Assembly (NCBI RefSeq): GCF_004010195.1
Contig: NC_057757.1
Span: forward strand, 1,180,033-1,244,032
Direction of reading: 5' to 3'
DNA length: 64,000 bases
From: Chiloscyllium plagiosum
Taxonomy: Eukaryota
A program made the translations under genes and the position numbers. Positions 13,065 to 26,344 of the stretch are shown piece after piece (positions within the stretch are counted from its first letter, which is position 1; each line of letters opens with the position of its first letter). The notes below the pieces were generated by a model that saw only the letters and a list, made by a program, of their open reading frames with translations, was not told the origin of the DNA and ran no database searches.

Positions 13065-13590
13065 TCTTATCTGTCAGTCAGAAGGTTGTGGGATCAAGTT
13101 CCAGTCCAGGAGTTTGGGCACACAATCACGCCTGATACTTCCAGTATTCTATTGAGGGAGTGCTGTACGATTAAAAGTAGTCTCTTTCAGATGAACCACT
13201 AAAGCAAGACCAAACGTGCTGTCTCAGATCAAGAGAATTCAAATCAGGCCTGCAACTCTGTTTCTCTCTCCACAGATACTGCAAGACTCACTGAGTTTCT
13301 CTAGTACTCCGTTTTAACCCCCATTTGTTCCCTGGGTGGATATAAAAGATCCCATTGTGTTATTGTGTGGAAGAGCAGGATGTTCCTGGTTGGTGTGTTG
13401 CCCAATATCACTGAAATACATTATTTGGTCATTATCACATTGTTGTCTGAGATTTTGTTATGGTCAGATTTGCTGGCACATTTCTTATATGGTAGCAGTG
13501 ACAGCATTCAAATTTTGCGAAAGTTGAACAGATTGATAACCATTTGTATTATACAGTAAAAGACTTTCAGATAGTTGCAAGGGTTTTCTT
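13065..13590 (+). mobile_element. DeuSINE (SacSINE1/AmnSINE1-like), old
   Basis: tRNA-like head, GAGGGAGTGCTG, GTGGATATAAAAGATCCCAT, ATTATTTGGTCATTATCACATTG Deu-domain motifs (from recall). Confidence 0.7.
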
Positions 13591-13605
13591 GTAATTCTAT
13601 AATAT

Positions 13606-13899
13606 AGATTAGATTCCCTACAGTACGGAAACAGGCCCTTCAGCCCAACAAATCCACACCAACCCTCCGAAGAGTAATCCACCCAGACCCATTTCCCTAC
13701 CCAATATTTACCCCTGACTAATGCAATTTAACACGGCCAATCCACCTGACCTGCACATCTTTGGATTATAGGAGGAAACTCACGCAGACACAGGGAGAAT
13801 GTGCAAACTCCACACAGACAGTCACCCGAGATGGGAGTTGAACCTGGGTCCCTGGTGCTGTGAGGAGGTAGTGCTGACCACTGAGCCACCATGCCACCC
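13606..13899 (-). mobile_element. HE1 V-SINE
   Basis: Same head, V-domain and tail as 7346-7664. Confidence 0.9.
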
Positions 13900-16800
13900 C
13901 AAACAAACACAAGCACAAGTTTTCACCGTTTCTTACTGGATCCTTTCCCTGTTTAGAAGCTAATTCAACTCCTGAGAAAGAAACTTTTAAAAAAAAATAT
14001 ACAGACCATAAATTAAACACTCAAAACACAAATAACAAACACTCCACAGGGGCAAAAACACACTGTTTTCTTTGTCCACATCCAATCATTTAGAGATCAA
14101 CCTGAGGACTTCACTACCATCAAGCTAAATAATTAAATTATGTGAACAGTGACAATTAACAGGCACTATCCATCGGGGGCAGGGCAACAGCAACAAAATT
14201 TGAGGAGGGTAGACCGAGAGGGAGAGAAGTCCATTTAAATAAAGTTGGAGAGAAATACACCACAGCTCTCACATGCCCACTTTTCTGTATGGAGTTGGTG
14301 GACACTAAATGCTCCATAAGACCATAAGACACAGGAGCAGAAATTAGGCCATTCAGCCCATCAAGTTTGTTCCACCATTCAAACATAGCTGAAAAGTTTC
14401 TCAACCCTATGCTGCTGCTTTCTCACCATAACCCTTGATCCCTTTTATATTCAAGAACCTATCTATCTCCATCTTAAGTGACCTGGCCTCCACAGTGACC
14501 TGGCCTCCACAGCCTTCTGTGGCAGTGAATCCCATCGATTCCCCGCTCTCTGGCTGAAGACGTTTCTCCTTCTCTCGGTTCTAAAAGGTCTTCCCTTTAC
14601 TCTAAGGCTGTGGCCTCGGGTCCTATTCTCTCCTAACGATGGAAACATCTTCCCAACATCCTCTCTATCCAGGCCATTCAGTATTCTGTATGTTTCATGT
14701 AGATCCTCTCCTCATCATTCTGAACTCTATCGAATATAGACCCAGAGTCCTCAAAAGTTCCTCATATGTTAAGCTTTTCATTCCTGGTACCATTCTCATG
14801 AACCTCCTCTGAACACTCTCCAGGGTCAGTACATCCTTCCTGAGATATGGGGTCCAAAACTGCTCAGAGTACTCCAAATGTGGTCTGACCAGAGCCTTAT
14901 AAAACCACATCCCTGCATTTATATTCAAGTCCTCTCAAAATAAATGCCATCATTGTATTTGTCTTCCTAACTACTGACTCAACCTGCAAGTTCACCTTGA
15001 GAGAATTCTGGACTAGAACCCCCCCCCACCCCAAGTCTCTGCACTTCAGATTTCTGAATTTTCTCCCCATTTCGAAAACAGTCCATACCTCGATTCTTCC
15101 TACCAAAGTGCATGACCTCACACTTTGCCTCGTGTACTCCATCTGCCACTTCTTTGTCCACTCTCCTAATCTGCCAAAATCCTCCTGCAGCCTCCCCGCC
15201 TCCTCAATGCTACCAGTCCCTTTACCTATCTTTGTATCATCCACTAACTTAGCCAGAATGTCCTCAGTTCCTTCAACTAGATCATTATAATGTATAAAGT
15301 AAAAGTGGTCCCAACACTGAGCCTTGCGGAAAACCACTCCTCTCCGGCTGCCATCCTGAGAAGGAACCTTTTTCTCCTCACTCTGTGCTTTCTGTCAGAC
15401 AGCCAAGCTTCTATCCATGCTAGCACCTTGCCTGTAATACCATGGGGCCCTTATCTTGCTCAGTAGCCTCCTGTGCAGCACCTTGTCAAAGGCCTTCTTG
15501 AAGTCCAGATAGATAACATCCATTGGCTCTCTTTGGTCTAACCTGCTCATTGCCACCTCAAAGAATTCTAGCAGATTTGTCAGGTATGACCTCCCCTTGA
15601 TGAAACCATGCTGAGTTTGCCCTGTTTTACCATGTATTCAGAAATCTCATCCTTCACAATGGCTTCCAGGGTCCTCCCCACGACCGAGATTAGGCTATTT
15701 CGCCGATAATTTTCCACCTTTTACTTCACTCTCTTCTTAAACAATGGGTTATGTTAGTGATTTCCAATCCTCTGAGACCCTCCCTGATTGTAGCAATTCC
15801 TGAAAGATCCCCACCAATGCCTTCACTATCTCTTCAGCTACTTCCCTTCAAACTCTGGGATGCAGTCCATCTGGTCCAGGAGATTTATCCATCTTCAGGC
15901 CATTCAGTCTTTCTAGCACCTTCTCCTTGGTGATGGCCACCATACTCAGCTCTGCCCCTACACACTCTTGAATTTTTAGGATATTACTCATGTCTTCCAC
16001 CGTGAAGGCTGACGCAAAGTAATTATTCAGTTCCTCAGCCATTTCTTTATTCCCCACTACTATCTCTCCGGTGTCATTTTCCAGTGGCCTCTCTTTTGCC
16101 CTTTATATATTGAAAGAAATTGTTACAGTCTTCCTTTATATTACTGGCTAGCTTACCCTCATATTTAATCTCCTCCCTCCTTATTTCTTTTTTTTTGTTG
16201 CCCTCTGTTAGTCTTTGTAAACTTCCAAATCCTTTGGTTTCCCATTGCCCTTCACTGCATTATATGCTTTCTCTTTTGCGTTAACGCTGTCCCTGACTTC
16301 CCCGGTCAGCCAGGGTTGCCTCATCCTCCCTGGGCCACGCTTCTTTTGCCTTGGGGTGAAGCTCTGCTGTGTCTCCTGCATTACTCCCATAATCCCCTGC
16401 CGTTGCTGTTCCACTGTCTTTCCTGCTCGGCTCCTCTCCCAATCAGTTCTATCCTCGTGCTTCTGTAGTTGTCTTTATTCAGCTGTAATACCACGACCTC
16501 TGATTCTATCTTCTCTCTCACAAATTGCAGAGTAAATTTGACCATGTTATGATCACTGCTTTCTAAGAGTTCCTTATTAACTCTGCCTCATTGCACAACA
16601 TTAAAGCCAGTGTTGGCCTGTTCCCTAGTGGGCTCCACCACAAGCTGCTCCAAAAAGCCATCTCGTAGACATTTCACAAATTCCTTTTCTCACCATCCCC
16701 TACCAACCTGACTTTCCCAGTCCACCTGGATGTTGAAATCCCCTGTGATCACTGTAACTTTGCCTTTCCTTCACACCCTTTCTATCTCCTGGTGTATCTT

Positions 16801-18415
16801 ACGTCCCAGCTCCTGACTACTCTATGGAGGCCTGTACATAACTCCAACTATGGTTTTTTTCCACCTTTGTCATTCCTCAATTCTACCTGCACAGATTCTA
16901 CACCATCTGAACCTACTTCGTTTTTTACTATTGATATAATTTCATTTTTTATTAATAAAGCGAACCCACCCCCTCTGCCCACCTGCCTATCTTTTCGATA
17001 GGATGTCTATCCTTGAATACTCAGCTCCCAATCCTGATCCCCTTGCAGCCATGTCTCCTTGATGCCCACCATGTCATACCTGCTGATTTCGATCTGCGTC
17101 ACAAGCTCATCTACCTTATTCCTTAGACTGTGTGCATTCAGATATAACACTTTCAATCCTGGATTTACTGTCCCTATTCTCATTATCATTCATTTATTCA
17201 GCGTGCTTGCAGTTTGATTGTTCACCCTTTCCAAACACTCTTTCCTCTTGGTGTCTGTGCTGGAGACTTTAATAACCTCCCCAAGTTCTGCACTCTTACC
17301 TCTTCCTTTAATTTGCATTTTCTAACTTCCTCTATAACTGACCCCTACCCTCCTATTTAGTTTAAAGCCCTATCTGCAGCTCTAGTTATGGGTTTCACTA
17401 GCACTCTGGTCCCAGCAGGTTCCGATGAAGACCATCCTTTCGGAACAAGTCCCTCCTTCCCCAGTACTGGTGCCAATGTCCCATGAATTCAAACCCATTT
17501 CTCTCACACCAATCTTTGAGCCATGCATTTACCTGCTTAATCTTATTGACCCTGTGCCAGTTAGCTCGTGGCTCAGATAGTAATCCATAGATTACTACGT
17601 TTTTAAGGTTCTGATTTTTAATTTAGCTCCTAGCTGTTCATATTCCCCTAGCAGAACCTCTACCCTAGCTTTGTCTATGTTGCTGATACCTACATGGACC
17701 ACTAGATCTTTCCCCTCCCACTTCAAGTTCCTCTGCAGCCCAGATGAAATTTCCGAACCCCAGCACCAGGCAGGCAACACATCCTTCAGTGTCTATGCAT
17801 CTGACTGCACTATTCCCAATTACAACATTTCTCTTCCCCCCCAACTTGAATGGCTCCCTCCACCACAGTGCTGTGGTCAGTTGGCTCATCCTCCCCGCAA
17901 TCCTCATTCCCAACCATACCGGGAGCAAAACTCTTGAACCTGTTGGACAAGGATAAGGGCTGAAGGTCCTGCAACTCTACCTCCTGGATCCTTCTACCTG
18001 CCTCACTCACAGCCACAGCCTGCTGTTCCTGACCAATGGCTGAATTAGAGTTAGTTAGTCTAAGGGGGTGTGACTGTCTCCTGAAACACAGAATCCAGGA
18101 AACTCTTCCCGCTCCTTGATGTGTCTCAATGTTTGAAGCTCAGACTCCAGCTCATCGACTCTGAGCCGGAGGTTTTCCTGCAACATTTACTACAGACATG
18201 GTCACTGGGAACCACAATGGGAACCAACAGCTCCCACATCACGTAGAAACAACACATCACCTGACCCTCCACCCTTACTTTATTTAATTAGTTTGAATTT
18301 TTACAAATTTTTAAACTATTTTTGTATCTCTGTTTTTGTTTATGCAAGTTGTAACCAATAAATAAATTACTGGGATTCAATTTAGCACAGATTCAAATTT
18401 CGCAGACCCCTTATT

Positions 18416-18450
18416 AGCCAATCAAATCACAGTCCTCCTGTGACGTCACC
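18416..18450 (-). promoter_or_regulatory. CRE palindrome GTGACGTCAC plus CCAAT box in the CR1 5' UTR
   Basis: AGCCAATC at about 18416 and GTGACGTCAC at 18440-18449. Confidence 0.45.
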
Positions 18451-18489
18451 TTTTAATTTCCCACTCAGATTCAAATAAAATCACTCACT

Positions 18490-18979
18490 TTCCCAGAATG
18501 CTGTCTGCTTAGTTGCTCTCCTGAAGTGAAGGCCCTAAGTCCACGTGGTAAGCTTTTATACCATTTACCTTCCCAGAATGCTCTCTGCTCAGTTGCTCTC
18601 CTGAAGTGAAGGCCCCAAGTCCATGTGGTAAGCTTTTATACCATTTACCTTCCCAGAATGCTGTCTGCTCAATTGCTCTCCTGAAGTGTAGGCCCCAAGT
18701 CCACGTGGTAAGCTTTTGTACCATTTACCTTCCCAGAATGCTCTCTGCTCAGTTGCTCTCCTGAAGTGTAGGCCCCAAGTCCACGTGGTAAGCTTTTATA
18801 CCATTTACCTTCCCAGAATGCTGTCTGCTCAATTGCTCTCCTGAAGTGTAGGCCCCAAGTCCACGTGGTAAGCTTTTATACCATTTACCTTCCCAGAATG
18901 CTCTCTGCTCAGTTGCTCTCCTGAAGTGAAGGCCCCAAGTCCACGTGGTAAGCTTTTATACCATTTACCTTCCCAGAAT
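18490..18979. repeat. 80-bp tandem monomer array (about 6 copies) in the CR1 5' region
   Basis: CCA(C/T)GTGGTAAGCTTT recurs at 18541, 18621, 18701, 18781, 18861 and 18941. Confidence 0.96.
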
Positions 18980-19599
18980 TTTTTCTGCTCAGCTGCACCC
19001 TTTTTAAGGAGACGTGAGCACAAATCTAGCTATGGAAGAGAGGCAGGCAATAGAGAACTATAACCCTTTTGCAGTCTGGTGCCTGGACCTGTTATGATTT
19101 CTTTTGCCAGGCCTGTAAGGATGTCCTCTAACTTGCCTACACCCCTCCATTCTTCACCAGGTACCCACAGCTCAAGAGCATAGGCCTGTAATGCAGCCAA
19201 AAGAATAGCAGAAAACAAAAAATCAATGAACTAAAAATGGGCTGCAATCACCCACAACTAACGTACATGAGATCCACAGACTCCATAGAACTGCAAATAG
19301 TTCTTCAGTTGAAGAACCTAGCTGTGTTTAAAAATAACAGACCATCATTAAGTCACCCATGTCACTAATTAAAATAACAAGTTGCACGTACTGCCACCAC
19401 AGGCAGGGCAACAATAAAAAAGTGAAGGGTAGGGAAAGAGGGAGTGGATTAAATTAAAATGGAGTTGGATGAATAAATAATGCATTCCAACCTCGACTGT
19501 GCCCACCTCTCTCAAAAGGAGAGCCTACTTAAATTTTTAAAATAAACCTCCACAAAGTCATCCATGTCATCAATTAACCAATTAACAAACTACAAGCAC

Positions 19600-19812
19600 G
19601 AGGCAAAAGTGGGTACTGCAGATACTGGAGATTAGAGCCAAGATCAGAGTGGTGCTGGAAAAGCACAGCAAGGCAGGCAGCATCCGAGGAGCAGGAAGAT
19701 CGATGTTTCGGGCAAAAGCCTGATGAAGGGCTTTTACCCGAAACATCGATTTTTTCCTGCTCCTCAGATGCTGTCTGACCTGCTGTGCTTTTCCAGCACC
19801 ACTCTAATCTTG
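19600..19812. mobile_element. Penelope-derived hairpin element (family A) with hammerhead motif
   Basis: Inverted arms; CTGATGA AGGGCTTTTACCC GAAAC at 19720; 13-bp TSD AAACTACAAGCAC at 19587-19599 and 19813-19825. Confidence 0.88.
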
Positions 19813-20162
19813 AAACTACAAGCACTGCTCACCAAGAGCTGTGCAATAATGACAGAAGTACGGGCAGGGGAGAAGAGAGGGAGGGAACACCATTAATATG
19901 GAGTTGGAAGGGATATAATACACACCAACCCTTCTACTGCTGACCTGTCTATAAAGAAGAGCAAATCTCTATCTTTACAGACTTTCACAAAAATCACCCT
20001 TATCTTTAATTCAGCATTCAAATGAGAGATCGTGTAACAGTAATACAAATAGGGGAGGGTAGGAAGAGAGAGAGGGAATTTAATTAAAATGGATTTGAAG
20101 GAGGAGATAGGAGATTAAAAAAAGCTCTTTTTTTTAATAACCCACCATCAAATCACCCATAC

Positions 20163-22236
20163 AGAGTCTTAGAGATGTACAGCATGGAAACAGGCACTTT
20201 AGTCCAACTCGACCATGTTGACCAGATTTCCTAAATGAATCTAGTCCCACCTGCCAGCACCTGGCCCATATCCCTCTGAACCCTTCCTATTCATATACCC
20301 ATCCAGATGCCTTTTAAATGTTGCAATTGTACCAGCCTCCACCACTTCCTCTGGCAGCTCATTCCATACACGTACCATCCTCTGTGTGAAAAAGTTGCCC
20401 CTAAGGTCCTTTTTATATCTTTCCCCTCTCACACTAAACCTATACCGTCCAGTTCTGGACTCCCCCACCCCAGGGAAAAGGCTTTGTCTATTTATCGTGT
20501 TTTTATAAACCTCTATAAGGTCACTCCTCAGCCTCCGACGCTCCAGGGAAAACAGCCCCAGCCTGTTCAGCCTCTCCCTGTAGCTCAAATCCTCCAACCC
20601 TGGCAACACCCTTGTAAATCGTTTCTGAACCCTTTCAAGTTTCACAATATCTTTTCGATAGGAAGGAGACCAGAACTGTTCACAATATTCCAACAGTGGC
20701 CTAACCAATGTCCTGTACAGCTGCAACATGACCTCCCAACTCCTATACTCAATGTTTTGTCCAATAAAGGAAAGCATACCAAACACCTTCTTCACTATCC
20801 TATCTACCTGTGACTCCACTTTACCCTCTTCGCTGTCCACTACACCTCCAATTTTGGTGTCATCTTCAAACTTACTAACTATACCTCTTAATGTTCACAT
20901 CCAAATCATTTATATAAATGACAAAAAGTAGTGGACCGGCACCGATCCTTGAGGCACACCACTGATCACAGGCCTCCAGTCTGAAAAACAACCCTCTACC
21001 ACCACCCTCTGTCTTCTACCTTTTGAGCCAGTTCTGTATCCAAATGGCTAGTTCTCCCTGTATTCCATGAGATCTAACCTTGCTAATCAGTCTCCCATGG
21101 GGAACCTTGTCGAACGCCTTGCTGAAGTCCACATAGATCACGTCCACTGCTCTGTCCTCATCAATCCTCTTTGTTACTTCTTCAAAAAACTCAATCAAGT
21201 TTGTGAGACATGATTTCCCATGCACAAAGCCATGTTGACTATCCTTAATCAGTCCTTGCCTTTCCAAATACATGTACATCCTGTCCCTCAGGATTCCCTC
21301 CAACGACTTGTCCACCACTGACATCAGGCTCACTGATCTATAGTTCCCTGGCTTGTCCTACCACCTTTCTTTAATAGTGGCATCACGTTAGCCAACCTCC
21401 AGTCTTACAGCACCTCAGCTGTGACTATCGATGATATTAATATCTCCGTAAGGAGCCCAGCAATTATTTCCCTAGCTTCCCACAGAGTTCTAGGGTACAT
21501 CTGATCAGGTCCTGGGGATTTATCCACTTTTATGACTTCCTCCTCTGTAATATGGACGTTTTTTAAGATGTCACCATCTATTTCCCTCCATTATATATCC
21601 TCCGTGTCCTTTTCCACAGTAAATACTGATGCAAAATACTTGTTTAGTATCTCCCCCATCACCTGAGGCTCCACACAAAGGCTGCCTTGCTGATCTTTGA
21701 GTGGCCCTGTTTGCTCCCTAGTTATCCTTTTGTCCTTAATGTATTTGTAAAAACCTTTGGATTCTCCTTAACACTATTTGCCAAAGCTATCTCATATCCC
21801 CGTTTTGCCCTCCTGATTTCCCTCTTAAGTATACTCCTACTGCCTTTACACTCTTCCAAGGATTCACTCGATCCATCCTGTCTATACCTGACATACACTT
21901 CCTTCTTTTTCTTAACCAAACCCTCAATTTCTTTCGTCATCTTTTTCTTAACCAAACCCTCAATTTCTTTCGTCATCCAGCATTCTCTACACCTACCAGC
22001 CTTCCTTTTACCCTAACAGGAATATACTGTCTCTGGATTCTCATTATCTCATTTCTGAAGGCTTCCCATTTTCCAGCCGTCCCTTTTCTGTGAACATCTG
22101 TCCCCAATCAGCTTTTGAAAGTTCTTGCCTAATACCATCAAAATTGGCCTTCCTCCAATTTAGAATTTCAACTTTTGGATTTGGTCTATCCTTTTCCATC
22201 ACTATTTTAAAACAAATAGAATTGTGGTCACTGGCC
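20163..22236 (-). mobile_element. CR1 (HER1-like) LINE, 5'-truncated
   Basis: ORFs 20241..20840 and 21016..21333 (QHGF..DFSKAFDKVPH); internal deletion near 20820 and a 36-bp tandem duplication near 21905-21976. Confidence 0.93.
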
Positions 22237-22696
22237 CCCGAACGAAATGACCAATTTACAGCACTGTTGCCCACCATTGCCCACCTGTTGTGTGACTACA
22301 TTCACATCCATGTGTTCTCGAACAGGACCAGGGCCTCTATGGCCTGCAGTTGGATCTGTTGATGGCTACTTTGACTAGGTCCTGGAAGAGGGACTGTGAC
22401 TTGCAAATACTTTGCTCTTTTACTAAATAAGCCATGACCAAGTCACCCGTGTTTCTAATTGGAGGAATGATTAACCAGCACTGCCCATCAAGCGCAGAGA
22501 GCTTAGTTCAAGTCCTGTGAGCATCACCTGCTCTCAACCAATTCTGGAGCTGTTCTGGTTGACCCCAGTGGTGGTGGCACAAAGCAACTGAAAGATAGAG
22601 AGCAGATGGGACCGGAGTCAATCTGCTACTGGTCCCTCCAGCCTCTCTGTCCAACTCTCTTCCCCGATACTCTCCAATTACAGTTCAGACTGGACA

Positions 22697-22795
22697 CTCC
22701 AGATGAAGGGCTTTTGCCTGAACCGTTGATTCTCCTGCTCCTCAGATGCTGCCTGACCAGCTGTGCTTTTCCAGTGCCACACTCTGGACTCCAGA
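22697..22795. mobile_element. Penelope-derived short element (family A), single arm
   Basis: GATGAAGGGCTTTTGCCTGAA...GATGCTGCCTGACC...CTTTTCCAG. Confidence 0.7.
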
Positions 22796-23034
22796 TTCCC
22801 CAGACTGGCATCTTTCACATTAGCCCCATGTGGTATTCTGGTAGTGTCCCTACCTTTTGAACCAGGAGGACGTGTTCAAATTCCACCTGCTCCAGAGGTG
22901 TGTAATAACATCTCTGAATAGGTTTATCCGAAAAAATAAACTTCTGGTTAACCGTCAAAGGAACCTTTGTTTCTCACACTGACAGTGAAACAGACACTAT
23001 AAGTGGAATTTCTTCCATCCTTTACCAATTTGAC

Positions 23035-23475
23035 AGTTTGAGTTATAAAGAAAGGTTGAATAGGTTGGGCGTTTTTCCACTGTAGCGTAGAAGGTTAATA
23101 GGCGACCTGGTAGAAGTTTATAAAATAATGAGGGGTATAATTAAGTTAATGTTAGTTTGTCTTTTTCCTAGGATGGGAGTTTTCAAGACCAGGAGGCACA
23201 TTTTTAAGGTGAGAGGAGAGAGATTTACAAAAGGTATGAGAGGCAAGTGTTTTACACAGAGAGTGGTTCGCGTGTGGAATGAACTTCCTGAGGAAGTGGT
23301 GGATGCAGTTACAATTACGACGTTTAAAAGACATTTGAGTCGGTACATGAATAGGAAAGGTTTTTGAGGGATATGGGCCAGGAGCAGGCAGGTGGGACTA
23401 GTTTAGTTTGGGATTACGTTCATCGTGGACTGGTTGGAGCAAAGGGTCTGTTTCCATGCTGGATGACTCTATGAC
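23035..23475 (+). mobile_element. CR1 3' fragment
   Basis: FTQRVVRVWNELPEEVV and CR1 3' UTR. Confidence 0.88.
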
Positions 23476-24619
23476 AATGTCAATTTAATTCCCAAATAAT
23501 TCATCAGGGATAAGTTGCAATGGTTCAAGGTGTGCATGATAACAGGTGACAATCATGAAACGGTGGAGCCCAATAGATTAGAGCAAAAGATAAAGCCGAA
23601 ACATTTGCAAGAGTGTTCAACCAGAAGTGTCAGATGAATGATTCATTTTGGCATCTTCCAGAGGTGCCCACCATCACAGATGCCAGTCTTTACCCAGTTT
23701 GATTGATTCCACATTATATTAACAGCTGAAGACACTGGATACGGCAAAGACTATGGGCCCAGACAACATTCTGGCAGTAGTACTGAAGATGTATACCCCA
23801 GAATTTGCCACAGTCCCAGCCAAGTTATTCGAGTACAGCTACCACGCTGGCATCTACTTGACAGTGTGGAAAAGTTCCCAGGCGTGGCGTGTACACAAAG
23901 AGGATAAATCTAGCCTGGCCAATTACTGCTCCATCGATCGACTCTCAGTCATCAGTGAAGTGATGGAAGTTGTCATCAAGAGTGCTATGAAGCAGCACTT
24001 GCTTAGCAACAAATGAACTTACTGGGGCCCAATTTGGGTTCCGCCAAAGCCACACAGCTCTTGACCTTAACACAGCCTTGGATCAAATGTGGACCAAAGG
24101 AGGCGAATGCCTCAGGTAAAGTGAGAATGACCCTGGATGTGAAAGCTGCATTTAGCTGAGTATGGCAATAAAGAAACCCAACAAAACTGGAGTCAATGGG
24201 AATCAGAGGGAAAACTCTCCACTTGTTGGAGTCATATGTGGCAATAAAAGAAGATGGTTGTTGTTGGAGATCAGTCATCTCAGTTCCGGAACATCTCTGC
24301 AGGAGTTCCTCAGGGTAGTGTTCTAGGCCCAACCATCATCAATGACCTTCCCTCCATCACAAGCTCAGAAATAGGGATATTTGTTGATTGTGCAATGTTC
24401 AGCATCATTCATGACTCAAAACAGATTGAGAGAGTTCATGTCCAAATGTAGCAAGACTTGGACTTCAGCTGAAAAATGGCAAATAACATTCGCGTCACAC
24501 AATTGCCAGATAACGGCCATCTCCAGTAAAAGAACTTAACCATTTTCCTTGATACTCAATGATATTACCATCACTAAATTCTTTCCACATTACTAACAGC
24601 CTTGGAGTTACCATTGATC

Positions 24620-24750
24620 AATTCCTGATGAAGAGCTTTTGCCCGAAACATTGATTCTCCTGCTCCTCGGATGCTGCCTGACCTGCTGTGTTTTTCCAGC
24701 ACCACTCTAATCTCGACTCTAATCTCCAGCATCTGCAGTCCTGACTTTCG
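24620..24750. mobile_element. Penelope-derived short element (family A)
   Basis: CCTGATGAAGAGCTTTTGCCCGAAACATTG hammerhead-like start. Confidence 0.8.
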
Positions 24751-25176
24751 CCACAATCTGAACTGTCCTTGCCATATAAGTGCAGTGGTTTCGAGAGCAA
24801 ATCAGAGGCTACAAAATACTGCAGCAGGTAACCTGACATCCCAACGCCTGTCCGTCATCCACTGGTCACAAGTCAGGAGTGTGATGGAATATTCCCCACT
24901 GCCCGGATGAATGCAGCTCCAACAATGCTCAAGAAAGTTGACACCTTGCAGTTCAAAACAACTTGATTGGTGCAACATCTACAAACACCCACTCCCTCCA
25001 CTGATGCTCAGTAGCAGCACTGTGTACCGTCTACAAGATACACAGCAGAAATTGACCAAGGCTCTTTAGACAGCACCTTCCAAGCCCAGAACCATTTCTG
25101 TCTCTTGGGAACACAGGTGCCTGCAAGTTACCCTCCAGGCCACTCATCATCCTGACTTGAAAATATATTGCTATTC

Positions 25177-25338
25177 TTTGCAAGGTTTGTAGCTCAGGTT
25201 GAGGTTTAGGGTGTAGGCTTGCTCACTCAGCTGTAGATTTGATATCCAGGCAGTGGGGAATATTCCATCACACTCCTGATTTGTGACCAGTAGATGATGG
25301 ATATCAAACCTACAGTTCAGCGAGCAAACCTACACCCC
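25177..25338. mobile_element. Penelope terminal-repeat hairpin with a captured 49-nt loop
   Basis: Arms match the 7869 family; 12-bp TSD ATATTGCTATTC at 25165-25176 and 25339-25350. Confidence 0.88.
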
Positions 25339-25809
25339 ATATTGCTATTCCTTCAGTGTCACTGGGTCAAAATTCTGAAACTCTCTCCCTAACAGCAGTG
25401 TGGCTCTACAATGTGCATGCCCTGAAACAAGTCTATGGTTCTGTGATTGAGCCAATTACTCAACAAACTATGGTTGATCTCTGGTTGTAAAATTGTTTGG
25501 CAGGGAATACTTTGTCTGCTTTTATAGTCCTCGTTTAAAAGAATGAGAACAAAATTATCTGTTGCCTGGGCTGACTTTTGAGTTCCTATGCTTGTGGTTA
25601 TTGCTACTTCCTATGTGCTTTTATCGGTCCCCACCATCAATCAACCTAACATTGCTAGTTTCCTGCTGTCACAGCTGTTGCCTAGCGATGATTCATGATA
25701 GTGTGTGTTAAGGCTCCATAACATATGCTAGGCCGGCTGCATTGGGTTCTTTTATTCAAATGAGGCGATGCACCAGCATACTTCCTTTGAGCTAATTGGC
25801 ACTTCATCT

Positions 25810-26120
25810 TTAGATTCCCTACAGTGTGGAAATAGGACCTTCGGCCCAACAAGTCCACACCAACCCTCCAAAGAGTAACCCACCCAGACCTATTTCCCTC
25901 TGACTAAGGCATCTAACACTACGGGCAATTTCCCATGGCCAATCCACCTGATCTGTACATCTTTGGACCGTGGGAGGAAACTAGAGCACCCGGAGGAAAC
26001 CCACACAGACACGGGGAGAATGTGCAAACTCCACACAGACAGTTGCCTGAGGCTGGAATCGAACCCATCTCCCTGGTGCTGTGAGACAGCAGCACTAACC
26101 ACTGAGCCACCATTACGCCC
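25810..26120 (-). mobile_element. HE1 V-SINE
   Basis: Family motifs as above. Confidence 0.9.
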
Positions 26121-26344
26121 TTTAGCAAGACACCCCTTTAGTTGACAAAATCCATTTTTGAAGTGTGAACAACTCTCTCAAGCTGACGGTATCTGTCCTA
26201 GGAATAGCGAGACACCCCCCTTCCATGTCTTTCAGTTCTGCTTTCAACTCTGCAGAATCTCAAAAAGTGAATCTCAAAAGGGAACTTTATAAATTATATT
26301 AATTGTGGTTATATTAACTGAGATTAAAGATGAGGAACCTTCTT

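Larger units (their letters stand above)
14317..19010 (-). mobile_element. Near full-length decayed CR1 LINE (5' UTR, ORF1 with esterase-like region, ORF2 APE+RT)
   Basis: ORF1 VIGNSAVRCID / VVHVGISNI (SGNH-like); APE LKVLYLNAHSLRNKVDEL..VGIKETWL; RT DKSPGPDGLHPRV, ALVRPHLEY; tail GTCTTATGGTCTTAT. Confidence 0.9.
23560..25410 (+). mobile_element. CR1/L2-group LINE (distinct family), decayed RT
   Basis: MGPDNILAVVLK...ANYCSI, AGVPQGSVLGPT; the same family occurs at 61670-64000. Confidence 0.85.

Noticed and set aside
18490..18979. Regular repeats resembling a CRISPR array
   Set aside because: Contiguous tandem units with no unique spacers, no cas genes, eukaryotic context
20241..20840. Longest ORF in the track (199 aa)
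   Set aside because: C-terminal part of CR1 ORF2 in a truncated, deleted copy; not a host gene
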